Assembly (NCBI GenBank): GCA_965206595.1
Contig: OZ242214.1
Location: forward strand, 3,136,001-3,200,000
DNA length: 64,000 nt
Direction of reading: 5' to 3'
Origin: Candidatus Latescibacterota bacterium
GTDB lineage: Bacteria > Latescibacterota > UBA2968 > UBA8231
Made by a program: the position numbers and the translations under genes. The notes under the pieces are model-generated. The model had not been told where the DNA came from. It ran no database searches and saw only the letters and a list, made by a program, of their open reading frames with translations. Below are positions 50,198 to 59,909 of the stretch, one piece after another (positions within the stretch are counted from its first letter, which is position 1; the number at the start of each line of letters is the position of its first letter).

Positions 50198-53100
50198 TCA
50201 TTTCTCAATTGCCTGGATCTCCTTTCTCGTCAGTCCGTAAAGGTTGTACACTAATTGGTCTATTTCGCCTTCCTCCTCCTGGGTGTTTGCCGCCGGGTCG
50301 CGAGCTTTTTTCTTCAGGATTAGATCCACCAATCGAGAAAAGGGCCGTTGCTTTTCCGCCGGGATTATCGGAATTGGGATATTTTCAACGGAGGCATTTA
50401 TCCATCGAGTCACACCCATCCCAGAATTCAGTGCCATGTTGTCCATAAACCATGTAATTAGTGTTGAATTGAGTAAAGCACAAAGATATTTGATCGATTT
50501 TCCCGTCATAATAAATGTCGTGTTCAAGCAAAACACCCCATCAATATCGTAGGCAAATCTACCCTTATCTGTGAGATCCATCCAGATCAATTTTTTCTTT
50601 TGGAAATCTTCGTAGTAATTAGCACCCCATCGCTGGAGAGCATACCATTCGTACCGGATTCCAGTTTCCGATCTATTTCGGGAACTTAGGGCTGCCTTGT
50701 GTGAAAATAAATGCTGATAAATCGCAGGATACTGTTTTTTGAACAGATCCTCCGCCTTTTTACTGCTACCCTTGATTGTTGAATCAGAATGCAAAGGGAA
50801 ATGCCAAGGGACATTGATTAGCCATAATCCAGCCCAATTCGCTCGATATCGCTGAATGTCCCGCCCACGCAGCACCGGCTTGATGATCTCTGCAGAGTTT
50901 GGGGATTGTGCAACCAGCGCCGATCTAGTCGCTTCGTCAATGATGAAGGCACCATTGCAACCCGTTGTGATTCCACGATTGCGTTCACCTTCCCAATTTT
51001 TTATCGGCGTTCCTTTCTTCTGCATCTTGCCCATTACCATCTGCTCGGTTCGTGACAGTATGCTCCAAGGCTTATCTCCCTCCGGCCTCGCTTGCCCCCA
51101 CAACTTTTCCTCAGGCGGGAAATTTTTGGTTTTCAATTTGTCCATATCAACAGCATCAACCGCCTTGGACCTCCTGGCATCGTTCCCTTTCCGCAGTAGC
51201 AGGACACAGGTGTCGACGATGGTGTTTTCAAAAACGTCCTTCCCCATTTCCAGTAGCCGCAACGGGCTGTGCCGATCTGCGAAATAACGGCGCAGGGGTT
51301 TTCCGTACTCAGCTTTCAACCAGCTGTTTGAGGTGATGTAGGCCAGCAGCCCCCCAGGGCGAAGCTGCCGGCAGCCGCTCTCGTAGAACAGCTGGTAGAT
51401 ATCTCCGGTTCGGGCGAAGGTATCGTAACCTGCGTCCTTGTAGAGCTTGCCTAATTTGCCTCCTTCCTTCTGCAACTGGATGTAAGGTGGATTGCCGATA
51501 ATCAGGTCAAACCCTTCCTCGACCCCGAACATGTACTTCGCGTCGAACCAGGTGCTGCTGTCGTTCTGGTCGTAAGGATCCCAATGGGCTATCTGGTCCG
51601 CAGCCCCGGGTGGGAGGCCGGATTTCTCCAATTGCTTGGAGAGCCGACTCCGCAATTTCTTGTCAACCTTGATGCACTTCAGCTTTTCCTGTCGAGTATT
51701 GGCGTGAAAATGTCGTTCCCGGTTTGTCTGGATGTCCCTCTCCACCCGGTTAACGGCATCTGTCTGGCCGAGGGTGAACTGGTCCGGCTTGTCCAGGCCC
51801 AGGAGTGTGTCGGCGGCGACGAAGCGGGTCTCGAGGTTGGGCAGCGGCTTGATGCCGTGGTTCTCCGCGGTTTCGTCCGTGCTCTGCTCGATAGCCAGGG
51901 TTATAAAGAAGCGCAACTTGGCGATCTGGCAGGCGATGGTCTGGATGTCCACGCCGTAGATGCTGTTCTGGATGAGATAGAGCTTACGCCCGAAATCGGA
52001 GTCACGGTACTTTTCGAACGTGTCACTGATTTCCTTGAGCTCGGCATCGCGTTTCTGCTGGTTCTGTACCTCGAAGGCTTCCTGGGCGCTCATTCCCGCA
52101 ATTTCCTTCTGGAAGTTTTCCCAGAGCGCGTTTTCCGGATCGAGGCGTCGCAATGCCAGGGTCAGCTTGTGCAGGACTGCCATTGGGAAGGCCCCGGAAC
52201 CGACTGCCGGATCGAGCACCTTTGTCTCCGCAATCGCCCGCACAATGTTTGCCGCTTCCTTCTCTTCAAACAGATCGTTTGCATCGTTGAAGGCGTCTTC
52301 GTAGTCCAGCAGGTAGCGCAGCCGTTCTTGCCAGTAATCCGCGTCGCCAACATTAGGCTGCACTTTTTCCTCAAACGCCGCGACCAAAGCCTCATCCACC
52401 ATGTAGTCCACCACGGCCCTGGGCGTGTAGTAGGAGCCGGTCTGCTTGCGGGCCGTCTCACGGGTCTCGGGGTTGTAGGCCGCCAGCAGATTCTCGAAGA
52501 CTTTGCCGAGCAGCTCGGGGTCGAGGGCGACCTCCTGCTCTATGGGGGTGTTTTCCTCCACCGTGAACTTGAAGCGGTTTAGCAGTGGAAACAGACCGCC
52601 GCCCTCGTCGAAGAACAGGGCGTCAGGGACGTCCAGCTCCTGCCACGCCTCACGGCGCGCTTGTGCCGCCCGGGGGCTGTCGCTTGGGTCCGGATCGCTG
52701 AACATGTCGATGCGTTTGCCCCCGGCGCTTCTTGACTCGTCATCGTCCAGGCAGTCGAACAGGCCGCCATTGATGAACGGCGTCTGTTTCATCAGGTCCT
52801 CGAAACGCTTCGTATCCCGAATGAGGGTTCGGTAGCGGAAACGTGAAAAGACCCGGTGGCTAGGCTCGGTCCGGGTGGTGAAACCACGCTTTCCCATCTC
52901 GGTGTTGAGGGTCGCGAAGAAGAGGTTCTGCAGGACGGCGCGGTAGTAGTCCGAGCCGCCGAAGTCGTTCAGCAGCTCTTTCATTTCGGCGCCGACGAAC
53001 CACTCCTCTCGGACCAGCCCCTTTTCCTTGATGAACCAGACGAACAGGATTCGAGTGATCAACCGGATGACCTGCTGCTCCATAGGCACGGTCGAGGGGA

Positions 53101-53845
53101 ACTGCGCCTCTTCCACCGCCCAGTTGAACCAATCGAATAGCTCGCGGTAGAACCGCCGGTTGAGTTCCTCTGTGTCCAGTGCATCCAGCCAGGCGGCAAG
53201 CATGCTGTCGAAGTTGGGTTGCTTGCGTTGCAAACCCATCCATTGCAGCCGCTTTTCCAGCGAAAGGTCCTCCAGAATATCGAGGTGTGCCCGGTGCGGG
53301 TTGGCGGTGTCGATTTCGCGTATCAGGAAAACGCGGCCTTGCACATCGCGGCTACGATCGCGCTTGTGCTCGCGGCGGTGGACGAATGCCACGGTGAGCA
53401 GGCCGGAGCCGGCCCGGAAAAGGACGACCGCAGGTGCAATTAACCGTTTGTTTATCTCACGGGTGAATTCGGCGTACTGGCCGCGCGGGTAGCGAACCCC
53501 TTTCAGTTCGATCGCTACAAAGAGAAAGCTGCGGATGTTTCCGCTGTTGAATTCGCCGGTGTCAAACAGGGAATGTTGCACCCCCGAAGCGATTTCGGCG
53601 TCAGTGATCTGAAAGAGGATGCAAGCGGATGCGACGTTGTCGCGGAACGCCTGCTCCGACACCGTGCCTGGCTTCGGGGCGGGGTACTCCTTGATGAACT
53701 CTTTGATGTGGTTCCCCAGCCGTGGGGGCTTGAGCTCGCTCCGGTAGCCTAGGGCGGCGAGCAAATCCTGCGCCGCTGTGAGGAAATCCCTCCCCGGCAT
53801 GGAGGCCAGGGTGGAGCTGATTTTGTCGCGGTCTTGTTCAGCCAT
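50198..53845 (-). CDS. Eco57I-like N6-adenine DNA methyltransferase with TaqI-like C-terminal TRD
   Basis: NGGLF, TGSYYTP, VLDPAVGSGAF, GNPPY, LRGRDI.RY, KLIW..L, LLNS; 1215 aa. Confidence 0.92.
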   Translation of the reverse strand: MAEQDRDKISSTLASMPGRDFLTAAQDLLAALGYRSELKPPRLGNHIKEFIKEYPAPKPGTVSEQAFRDNVASACILFQITDAEIASGVQHSLFDTGEFNSGNIRSFLFVAIELKGVRYPRGQYAEFTREINKRLIAPAVVLFRAGSGLLTVAFVHRREHKRDRSRDVQGRVFLIREIDTANPHRAHLDILEDLSLEKRLQWMGLQRKQPNFDSMLAAWLDALDTEELNRRFYRELFDWFNWAVEEAQFPSTVPMEQQVIRLITRILFVWFIKEKGLVREEWFVGAEMKELLNDFGGSDYYRAVLQNLFFATLNTEMGKRGFTTRTEPSHRVFSRFRYRTLIRDTKRFEDLMKQTPFINGGLFDCLDDDESRSAGGKRIDMFSDPDPSDSPRAAQARREAWQELDVPDALFFDEGGGLFPLLNRFKFTVEENTPIEQEVALDPELLGKVFENLLAAYNPETRETARKQTGSYYTPRAVVDYMVDEALVAAFEEKVQPNVGDADYWQERLRYLLDYEDAFNDANDLFEEKEAANIVRAIAETKVLDPAVGSGAFPMAVLHKLTLALRRLDPENALWENFQKEIAGMSAQEAFEVQNQQKRDAELKEISDTFEKYRDSDFGRKLYLIQNSIYGVDIQTIACQIAKLRFFITLAIEQSTDETAENHGIKPLPNLETRFVAADTLLGLDKPDQFTLGQTDAVNRVERDIQTNRERHFHANTRQEKLKCIKVDKKLRSRLSKQLEKSGLPPGAADQIAHWDPYDQNDSSTWFDAKYMFGVEEGFDLIIGNPPYIQLQKEGGKLGKLYKDAGYDTFARTGDIYQLFYESGCRQLRPGGLLAYITSNSWLKAEYGKPLRRYFADRHSPLRLLEMGKDVFENTIVDTCVLLLRKGNDARRSKAVDAVDMDKLKTKNFPPEEKLWGQARPEGDKPWSILSRTEQMVMGKMQKKGTPIKNWEGERNRGITTGCNGAFIIDEATRSALVAQSPNSAEIIKPVLRGRDIQRYRANWAGLWLINVPWHFPLHSDSTIKGSSKKAEDLFKKQYPAIYQHLFSHKAALSSRNRSETGIRYEWYALQRWGANYYEDFQKKKLIWMDLTDKGRFAYDIDGVFCLNTTFIMTGKSIKYLCALLNSTLITWFMDNMALNSGMGVTRWINASVENIPIPIIPAEKQRPFSRLVDLILKKKARDPAANTQEEEGEIDQLVYNLYGLTRKEIQAIEK

Positions 53846-53849
53846 GGGG

Positions 53850-54149
53850 TCAGGGCGTGAGGGTCAGTGTCGAAGCCGGGCGGATGCCATCGGTGAGCCT
53901 ATTCCGCTCGCCAGCCAGTCTGCGAAAGTCACACTCCACCTGGATACCGTGCCAGAACTCGTCCGATTGGCCGAAGAAGGCGCCGAAACGAATGGACATG
54001 GCGGGTGTGATCGACCGCTTCGCGTGAACGATTTCGTTGATCGCACGCGGGGGCACGCCGATGGCACGGGCCATAGCGTTCTGCGAGATCCCCATGGGCT
54101 CCAGGTACTCCTTCAGAAGAATCTCGCCGGGCGTAATCGGACTTTCCAT
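53850..54149 (-). CDS. higA: HigA-family antitoxin
   Basis: [27 protein letters not shown]...KRSIT...FW..Q. Confidence 0.9.
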   Translation of the reverse strand: MESPITPGEILLKEYLEPMGISQNAMARAIGVPPRAINEIVHAKRSITPAMSIRFGAFFGQSDEFWHGIQVECDFRRLAGERNRLTDGIRPASTLTLTP

Positions 54150-54187
54150 TTCAATAATACCCCTATGACGTTACAAGGTTCTGACAT

Positions 54188-54466
54188 CTAATGATAGTCC
54201 ACGATCGCCACTTGGTCAGGTCCCTCATCGGTCCACCGAAAGACGATGCGCCACTGGGCGTTGATCCGAATGGAGTGAAAGCCCGCCAAGTTGCCCCGAA
54301 GTACTTCCAGACGGTTGCCCGGCGGAACGGCGAGGTCGCTGAGCCTACTCGCCTGATTAATCTGAATGAGTTTTCTCAACGCCACTCGCGCTATTGCCGC
54401 CAAGCGGCGGTTGCTCCCAGTCTGGAACAGCTGCTCTGTGTCCCGATTTGCGAAGGATTGGATCAA
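54188..54466 (-). CDS. higB: HigB (RelE/ParE family) toxin
   Basis: IQSFA..TE.LF, PPGNRLE.L.G...G.HSIRIN.QWRI.F.W...IVDYH. Confidence 0.9.
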   Translation of the reverse strand: MIQSFANRDTEQLFQTGSNRRLAAIARVALRKLIQINQASRLSDLAVPPGNRLEVLRGNLAGFHSIRINAQWRIVFRWTDEGPDQVAIVDYH

Positions 54467-54478
54467 TCTGAGTGAGCG

Positions 54479-57400
54479 TTACGCGCTATCGCTGATCACG
54501 AGCCAAGTCACCAACTCGAAGCCCTCCAGGTCGTTCGGAGCTTCCGACGCCGCCGGCAGCACGAAGTCACGGCTGCCACCGAGACCAAGGCCCTTGGCCT
54601 GCGTTTTGCCGTGCGCCTCGGCAATTTGAGCGACCACGGCCTTCATCAGCTCGTCGTACCGCGCCATGTTCCTGCCGTTGTCAGTTTCCGTGTTGAAGGC
54701 ATCGCATAGCGCCAGGAGGGGCTCCGGCTTGCCCACCGACGTGGACTCGAAAACACCGAGGGCCTGGCGTGTGTTGGTGCACCCGAACCGGGTCTGCCCG
54801 TCGTCCTGGATGAACCCCATATAAAAGGGATGGACCGGACTGGCCATCCGCTGCCCAGACTTCACCTTCCCCTTACGCTGCCTGAGGAAGAAGATCACCC
54901 CGGGGACAGCGGGGGAAGCTGCGGGTTCGGTAATGGCATAGGCGCCATTGGGGACTCGTTCCAGCTCCTCCCGGTTCTGTTCGAGGTACTGCAGGAGTTG
55001 CGCGAAGAAGTAGTCCAGCGTGAAGTCGCTCATCGCCGGGCTGTCGTCCAGATCGTCGAGATCGAGGATTTCGTCACGGAGCCTGAGGAGCTGCTTGTCG
55101 CGGAAGTTCAGCTCCAACTGGGCCCCCTCTTCGGTGAGCGGGTCGTCTTCGCCACTGGCCGCCATGTCAGCGAGCATCATCCGCGCCCTCACCCGGTTCT
55201 CCAACCGCAGATAGGCGTCCATGTCCTTGGTGGGCCAGAAGTTCAGCATCCGCACCCTTTTATTGCGGCTGCCGATGCGATCAATGCGCCCGAAGCGCTG
55301 GATCAGCCTCACCGGGTTCCAGTGGATGTCGTAGTTCAGAGTGGTGTCGCAGTCCTGCAGGTTCTGCCCCTCGGAGATGCAGTCCGTCGCGATCAGCAGG
55401 TCAATCTCTTCGCCAAGAGTTGCCTGGCCCGGTCCCCGAGCCCTTGGGGCGAAGTTGGTCAGAATGGCGTTGAAGTTGTTGTCGCCGAGTGTGGTATGAG
55501 TGGCATCGCCGGCGACCATGGCCATCTTCAGGCCGAGTTCTGTGGCCAAAGGGGTCAGATGCTCATACAGGTACTCGGCGGTGTCCTTGAACGTGGTGAA
55601 CACCAGCACTTTGCGGTTGGTCCTGCCATCCTTGTCTGTTGTCGGGTTTTCGGCCTTATGCCGAATCACCCGCCTTATTTCGAGCAGTTTTCCGTCACGC
55701 TCCGGCGTTATGGCGGCGACACTCTTTCTCGCAACATCCAGCGTTGCCCGATCACGCAAAAGGTGCTGCCGCCAACGAGGAAGATCGAGTTCGCTCAGGT
55801 GGTACGGATCTCGCGCCCGGTTGATGAAGAACTCCTCGTCCTCCACATCCTCGTCAGGCAGAATGTCCGCTTGGTCGCTGGCCAATTGTTTTTTTTCGTA
55901 GCGATCGATCCGGGAGATCAGGTCGTCGATTTTCCCGACTGTGCGTTCAAGCGTCAGGGTCAGCGAGTGGGGTGAGCTCTCCAGCCGTTTCAGGAAGTTG
56001 GTGCGGATCATCCCGATGAGGAAGTTCTCGCGATCCTGTTGGTTGAAGTTCAACAGTTTACGCTCTTTGGCCAGTTCCTCAATCCGTGTCTCGTCCGTGA
56101 GGTAGTCGGTAGGTCGATACACGGACATCTCGAATCGGCTGATCTGGTCCGCCAGTTCCTTGTACGACAGCTCGCCCTTCCGGTCCGTGGGCGGATAGCG
56201 GTTGTCGGGCCTGTCATGGGTTGGAAACTGCCCGATCCGCTCCATCTCCTGGGAATAGAACCGCTCGATCTGACGGCGGGAGCGGGCAATGGAAACGGCG
56301 TCGAGGAGGCGGAGGAAATCCGCCCCCAGACTTTCCAGCAGCTCCGCCTTGTCGCGCTTGCCATTCCTCGTCCCAACCTCCCAACTCTTGAACTCCTTTT
56401 GCGCTGCGTTCAGCAGGGTGGAGATGTCCCCGATTCCGAGACTGTCCCAGAACACGTCCCTGCGCCCCGCGGTCATCAGGTAAATCTGGTTGCGCAGGTC
56501 GATAAGCGACGTGTTGACCGGCGTAGCCGACAGCATCAGCACCTTCGTGCGTGCGCCCTGACTGATGATTTCTTCGATCAGCCGCTTGTACCGCTGTCCG
56601 CCATCGTTTCGGAAGTTGTGCGACTCGTCGATTACGACGAGGTCGAAGTTGCCCCAGTTGAAGCGGGAAAGATCGACGTTTCCCGCCATGCCGTGGTCGC
56701 GGGAGAGGTCGGTGTGCGAAAGCAGGGTGTACCCGAATCGGTCGGCCATGAATGGGTTGCCAATTTGGGCGTTTTGCGACGGGTAGAGCGACCAGTTGTC
56801 TCGCAGTTTTCGGGGACAAAGCACCAGGACATTCTCGTTACGGAGCTCGAAATACTTGATAACGGCCAGGGCGGTGTAGGTCTTCCCTAGCCCTACGCTG
56901 TCGGCCAGGATGCACCCGTTGTTTCGCCGTAGGCGAAAAATGATGCTTTTCGCCCCGTCCTTCTGAAAATCAAACAGCGTTTTCCAGATTGCGGTGTCAT
57001 ACAGATGGATGTCGTCCAGACGCTGGTTTTCGTCGAGACGCGCGTCGATTTCTTCGCGGAACAGCTCCAACAGCGTCTTGAAGTAGATGAACTCCGGCCC
57101 GTACTCCTTTCCGATACGGTTGAGCGCGGTCAGCACCTCCTGCTTCACGTCGACGGTGAGTTCTGTGTCATTCCACAGTCCATCGAACCAGTCCCGTAGC
57201 TCTGCACAGCTCCCGCTGTCTGTAGTAGCCAGGTTGATTTCCAGATTGGGACTGATGCCGCCTCCGAGACCTCTTCTGGTGAAGTTGGAGCTTCCCACCA
57301 CCGCGGCTCCGGTATCTGAACCTTCGGTGAGGTACATCTTGCCATGCAGGAAGTTGGACCTGCTGATCGAGCGAACCGTCACGCGGTCGCGGTTGATCCA

Positions 57401-57703
57401 ACTGCTGCAGCGACGGGCAAGTGCCTTCTGCTGCAGTACGTGGTTCGGGACGAGCCCCTGTTCGGTCAGCTCGAAAGACTTGGGGTCCTTCTCCCCCGGG
57501 TCCAGTTCATCCACGGATGTCGGATCTCCGAAGAGAATGCGCACCTCTCTGACGGTATCGAGCTCATTGGCCAGCAACCCGTAGCCGTAGATGCTGAAAT
57601 AGGCCGATACCAGGCGGAAGGAGTCAGCGGTACCCAGGCCTTGGTGCAGGTAATCGGCGACAGTGCGCTTGCGGTTGTCGAGTATGTGTGTGGGGTCCGT
57701 CAT
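54479..57703 (-). CDS. PLD nuclease - SNF2-type helicase fusion
   Basis: LHGKMY...GSSNFT (PLD), LADSVGLGKT, DESH, SATP, SEGQNLQ, QRFGRIDRIG. Confidence 0.92.
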   Translation of the reverse strand: MTDPTHILDNRKRTVADYLHQGLGTADSFRLVSAYFSIYGYGLLANELDTVREVRILFGDPTSVDELDPGEKDPKSFELTEQGLVPNHVLQQKALARRCSSWINRDRVTVRSISRSNFLHGKMYLTEGSDTGAAVVGSSNFTRRGLGGGISPNLEINLATTDSGSCAELRDWFDGLWNDTELTVDVKQEVLTALNRIGKEYGPEFIYFKTLLELFREEIDARLDENQRLDDIHLYDTAIWKTLFDFQKDGAKSIIFRLRRNNGCILADSVGLGKTYTALAVIKYFELRNENVLVLCPRKLRDNWSLYPSQNAQIGNPFMADRFGYTLLSHTDLSRDHGMAGNVDLSRFNWGNFDLVVIDESHNFRNDGGQRYKRLIEEIISQGARTKVLMLSATPVNTSLIDLRNQIYLMTAGRRDVFWDSLGIGDISTLLNAAQKEFKSWEVGTRNGKRDKAELLESLGADFLRLLDAVSIARSRRQIERFYSQEMERIGQFPTHDRPDNRYPPTDRKGELSYKELADQISRFEMSVYRPTDYLTDETRIEELAKERKLLNFNQQDRENFLIGMIRTNFLKRLESSPHSLTLTLERTVGKIDDLISRIDRYEKKQLASDQADILPDEDVEDEEFFINRARDPYHLSELDLPRWRQHLLRDRATLDVARKSVAAITPERDGKLLEIRRVIRHKAENPTTDKDGRTNRKVLVFTTFKDTAEYLYEHLTPLATELGLKMAMVAGDATHTTLGDNNFNAILTNFAPRARGPGQATLGEEIDLLIATDCISEGQNLQDCDTTLNYDIHWNPVRLIQRFGRIDRIGSRNKRVRMLNFWPTKDMDAYLRLENRVRARMMLADMAASGEDDPLTEEGAQLELNFRDKQLLRLRDEILDLDDLDDSPAMSDFTLDYFFAQLLQYLEQNREELERVPNGAYAITEPAASPAVPGVIFFLRQRKGKVKSGQRMASPVHPFYMGFIQDDGQTRFGCTNTRQALGVFESTSVGKPEPLLALCDAFNTETDNGRNMARYDELMKAVVAQIAEAHGKTQAKGLGLGGSRDFVLPAASEAPNDLEGFELVTWLVISDSA

Positions 57704-57706
57704 GGG

Positions 57707-58093
57707 TCAGAACAGTTGAATCGGACCCGGGTAGCGCCCGACGACTTCATCCACTGTCAACAGCGTCATCCCCTCGATCTGCGCCTGGGCGACCAACAGC
57801 CGGTCGAACGGGTCCTTGTGGATCGGCGGCAGTGTATCCACCGCTACCGAATGGGCGCCGGTTACCACGAGTTCCGTGTAGCCGTGCTCCAGCAATCCCC
57901 GGCGCAGCACGCGCGGGTCGACCCTGAAGTCTTCCCGTCCCAAGCCTTTCTTGATAGCAACCTCCCAGAGCGATGCGGCGCTGTAAACCAACTCCGACTC
58001 CGGATCTTCGATCAAACTGCGCGCCTCCGCAGGCAACCGGTCCGGCTCACCCGCAGCCCAGAGCAGGACATGCGTGTCGAGAAGGAGATTCAC
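57707..58093 (-). CDS. vapC: VapC PIN-domain toxin
   Basis: LLLDTHVLLW, SAASLWE..IK, HKDPFDRLLVAQA. Confidence 0.92.
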   Translation of the reverse strand: MNLLLDTHVLLWAAGEPDRLPAEARSLIEDPESELVYSAASLWEVAIKKGLGREDFRVDPRVLRRGLLEHGYTELVVTGAHSVAVDTLPPIHKDPFDRLLVAQAQIEGMTLLTVDEVVGRYPGPIQLF

Positions 58094-58335
58094 GCGCCGC
58101 CTTCGAGCAACGCCTCGATCTCGGCGGAGCCCATCCGGTCGAAGTCGGGCGGTACCGAGATCTTCCCTTGCAGAAACCCCGTCCGGCTCGCGGTTGCGGG
58201 CTCCGGGGCATCCACCGCCACAACTTTGACCAAGGGCTTGCCTGCCCGCGCGATAACAAACGGCTCACCCTGGGCAGCACTCTCGACGAGACGCGAAAGG
58301 TGGGTCTTGGCTTCGTGCATGTTGACGGTGCGCAT
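58090..58335 (-). CDS. Phd/YefM-family antitoxin
   Basis: VNMHEAKTHLSRLV..A..GE.FVIA.AGKP; 4-bp overlap with vapC. Confidence 0.92.
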   Translation of the reverse strand: MRTVNMHEAKTHLSRLVESAAQGEPFVIARAGKPLVKVVAVDAPEPATASRTGFLQGKISVPPDFDRMGSAEIEALLEGGA

Positions 58336-58450
58336 GGCTTCCTCCCCTGACTTAGTCCGGAGACCTTAGTCTATCCAGGCCCATCTTGCAAGATAGGGCC
58401 GCAAAGTCCCGAAGGGTTTGTTTTGATTTTCTCCCACAGATAAGCCCTAC

Positions 58451-58501
58451 TTGACGGCCTCAACACCATCCGGTATGTTCAGTGTTTACTGAACACTGAA
58501 C
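58451..58501 (+). promoter_or_regulatory. Sigma-70 promoter with overlapping palindromic operator
   Basis: TTGACG (58451) - 17 bp - TATGTT (58474); inverted repeat TGTTCAGT-gttt-ACTGAACA at 58476-58495 plus an extra CTGAAC half-site; AGGAG RBS downstream. Confidence 0.75.
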
Positions 58502-58515
58502 GATCAGGAGTTCCG

Positions 58516-58848
58516 ATGCCATCGCAATTGGGAAAGACAATCCGTTCGAGGCGCCAAGAGATCAACCTCTCTCTTCGCGGACTTGCTCGCGCCATCGGGA
58601 AATCCCCCTCCTTCATCGTGGAAATCGAACGGAGCGAGCGCCCACCTGCGGTATCAGAGGATACCCTTCGCGAAATCGCGAACGCCATACAAGTAGAAGC
58701 AGATCTCCTGATTGTGCTGGCGGGGAAGACACCCACCGACGTCACCCCGAAGAGCGTGGAAGAGGTGGAGCTCTACCGTATGGTTCGTGGCCTCCAGGCA
58801 GATGAGCAAGAACAGGTCAAGAGGTATATCCGTAGTCGGAGAAAATGA
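58516..58848 (+). CDS. XRE-family HTH regulator
   Basis: LGKTIR..R....LSLR.LA..IG.SPSFI..IE. Confidence 0.88.
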   Translation: MPSQLGKTIRSRRQEINLSLRGLARAIGKSPSFIVEIERSERPPAVSEDTLREIANAIQVEADLLIVLAGKTPTDVTPKSVEEVELYRMVRGLQADEQEQVKRYIRSRRK

Positions 58849-58849
58849 A

Positions 58850-59908
58850 ATGAATGATGTCAACCTCAACCCTGCTGAAGAATTGACCGGTTTGACCCTC
58901 GATGGAGGTTGGCGAGTAATCGAGAAGTGCAGAAAGTCTGGGACTCAAACTGGTGGTTTCTTCAGTGTAGGGTATATAGTTGCGCGAGATGGACAGAAGG
59001 CCTACCTAAAGGCACTCGACTTCTATTCAAGTCTCGTGCTGGCCAGTGACCCTGCGCGTAGCCTGCAGCCCCTGATCGAAGCATTCAACCGGGAGCGAGA
59101 TCTCCTTGCCAAGTGCAGAAACCACAGGCTAACCCGAGTTATTGTGGCTCTGGATGATGGAGCAATCAGACCAAGTGGTACGAGCTTCCTTTATCCAGTG
59201 CAATACATCGTCTTTGAGCTCGCGGACGGTGACGTCCGAAACCAGATCACAACAGCTGACCGTCTGGACCTCGCTTGGGCGCTACGCGCATTGCACCAGA
59301 TTGCGGTCGGCTTGCAGCAACTACACGGCATCGGTGTTGCTCACCAGGACACAAAACCTTCAAATGTCTTGCTTTTCCAGGGAGGTGTGGTATCCAAGTT
59401 GGCGGATGTAGGAAGCGCCTCTGCCCGAGGAGAGACCCGGCCGTTTGGGGACCGAGACTATCTGGGTGATCCTACGTACGCTCCCCCTGAGTTGCGGTAC
59501 GGGGCACCGCCTGCAGATTGGGGACCTAGAAGCATGGGGTGTGATGTATACCACCTCGGAAGTATGATCGTCTGGATGTTCACCATGACTGCGATGACTC
59601 AGATCCTTCTCATGAGTTTGTCCCAGGACATGCACCCAGAAGCTTGGGAAAGTACCTACGATGAGGTGCTTCCTTATCTGAGGTCGGAGTATGAGGACAT
59701 TCTCGAATACTTGTACCCCGAGTTTCCCGAAGGTTTCCAGGACGATCTCACCGATATGGTGCGCCAGTTATGTGATCCTGACCCAGCTCGGAGAGGCCAT
59801 CCTCGAAGTCATCAGGAGATAGGGTCGCCTTACCGCTTGGAGAGGTATATTTCTAAGCTAGACCGACTAGCCAAGACAGCTGAATTCCGTCTCGTTGGTG
59901 AGATATAG
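58850..59908 (+). CDS. Hanks-type Ser/Thr protein kinase
   Basis: GGFFS.GY, YLKAL, HQDTKPSNV, LADVG, YAPPE, DVYHLG. Confidence 0.88.
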   Translation: MNDVNLNPAEELTGLTLDGGWRVIEKCRKSGTQTGGFFSVGYIVARDGQKAYLKALDFYSSLVLASDPARSLQPLIEAFNRERDLLAKCRNHRLTRVIVALDDGAIRPSGTSFLYPVQYIVFELADGDVRNQITTADRLDLAWALRALHQIAVGLQQLHGIGVAHQDTKPSNVLLFQGGVVSKLADVGSASARGETRPFGDRDYLGDPTYAPPELRYGAPPADWGPRSMGCDVYHLGSMIVWMFTMTAMTQILLMSLSQDMHPEAWESTYDEVLPYLRSEYEDILEYLYPEFPEGFQDDLTDMVRQLCDPDPARRGHPRSHQEIGSPYRLERYISKLDRLAKTAEFRLVGEI

Positions 59909-59909
59909 T

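Noticed and set aside
50198-57703. Calling the helicase/MTase locus DISARM or BREX
   Set aside because: No DrmA/DrmB (DUF1998), PglZ or BrxC genes are present.
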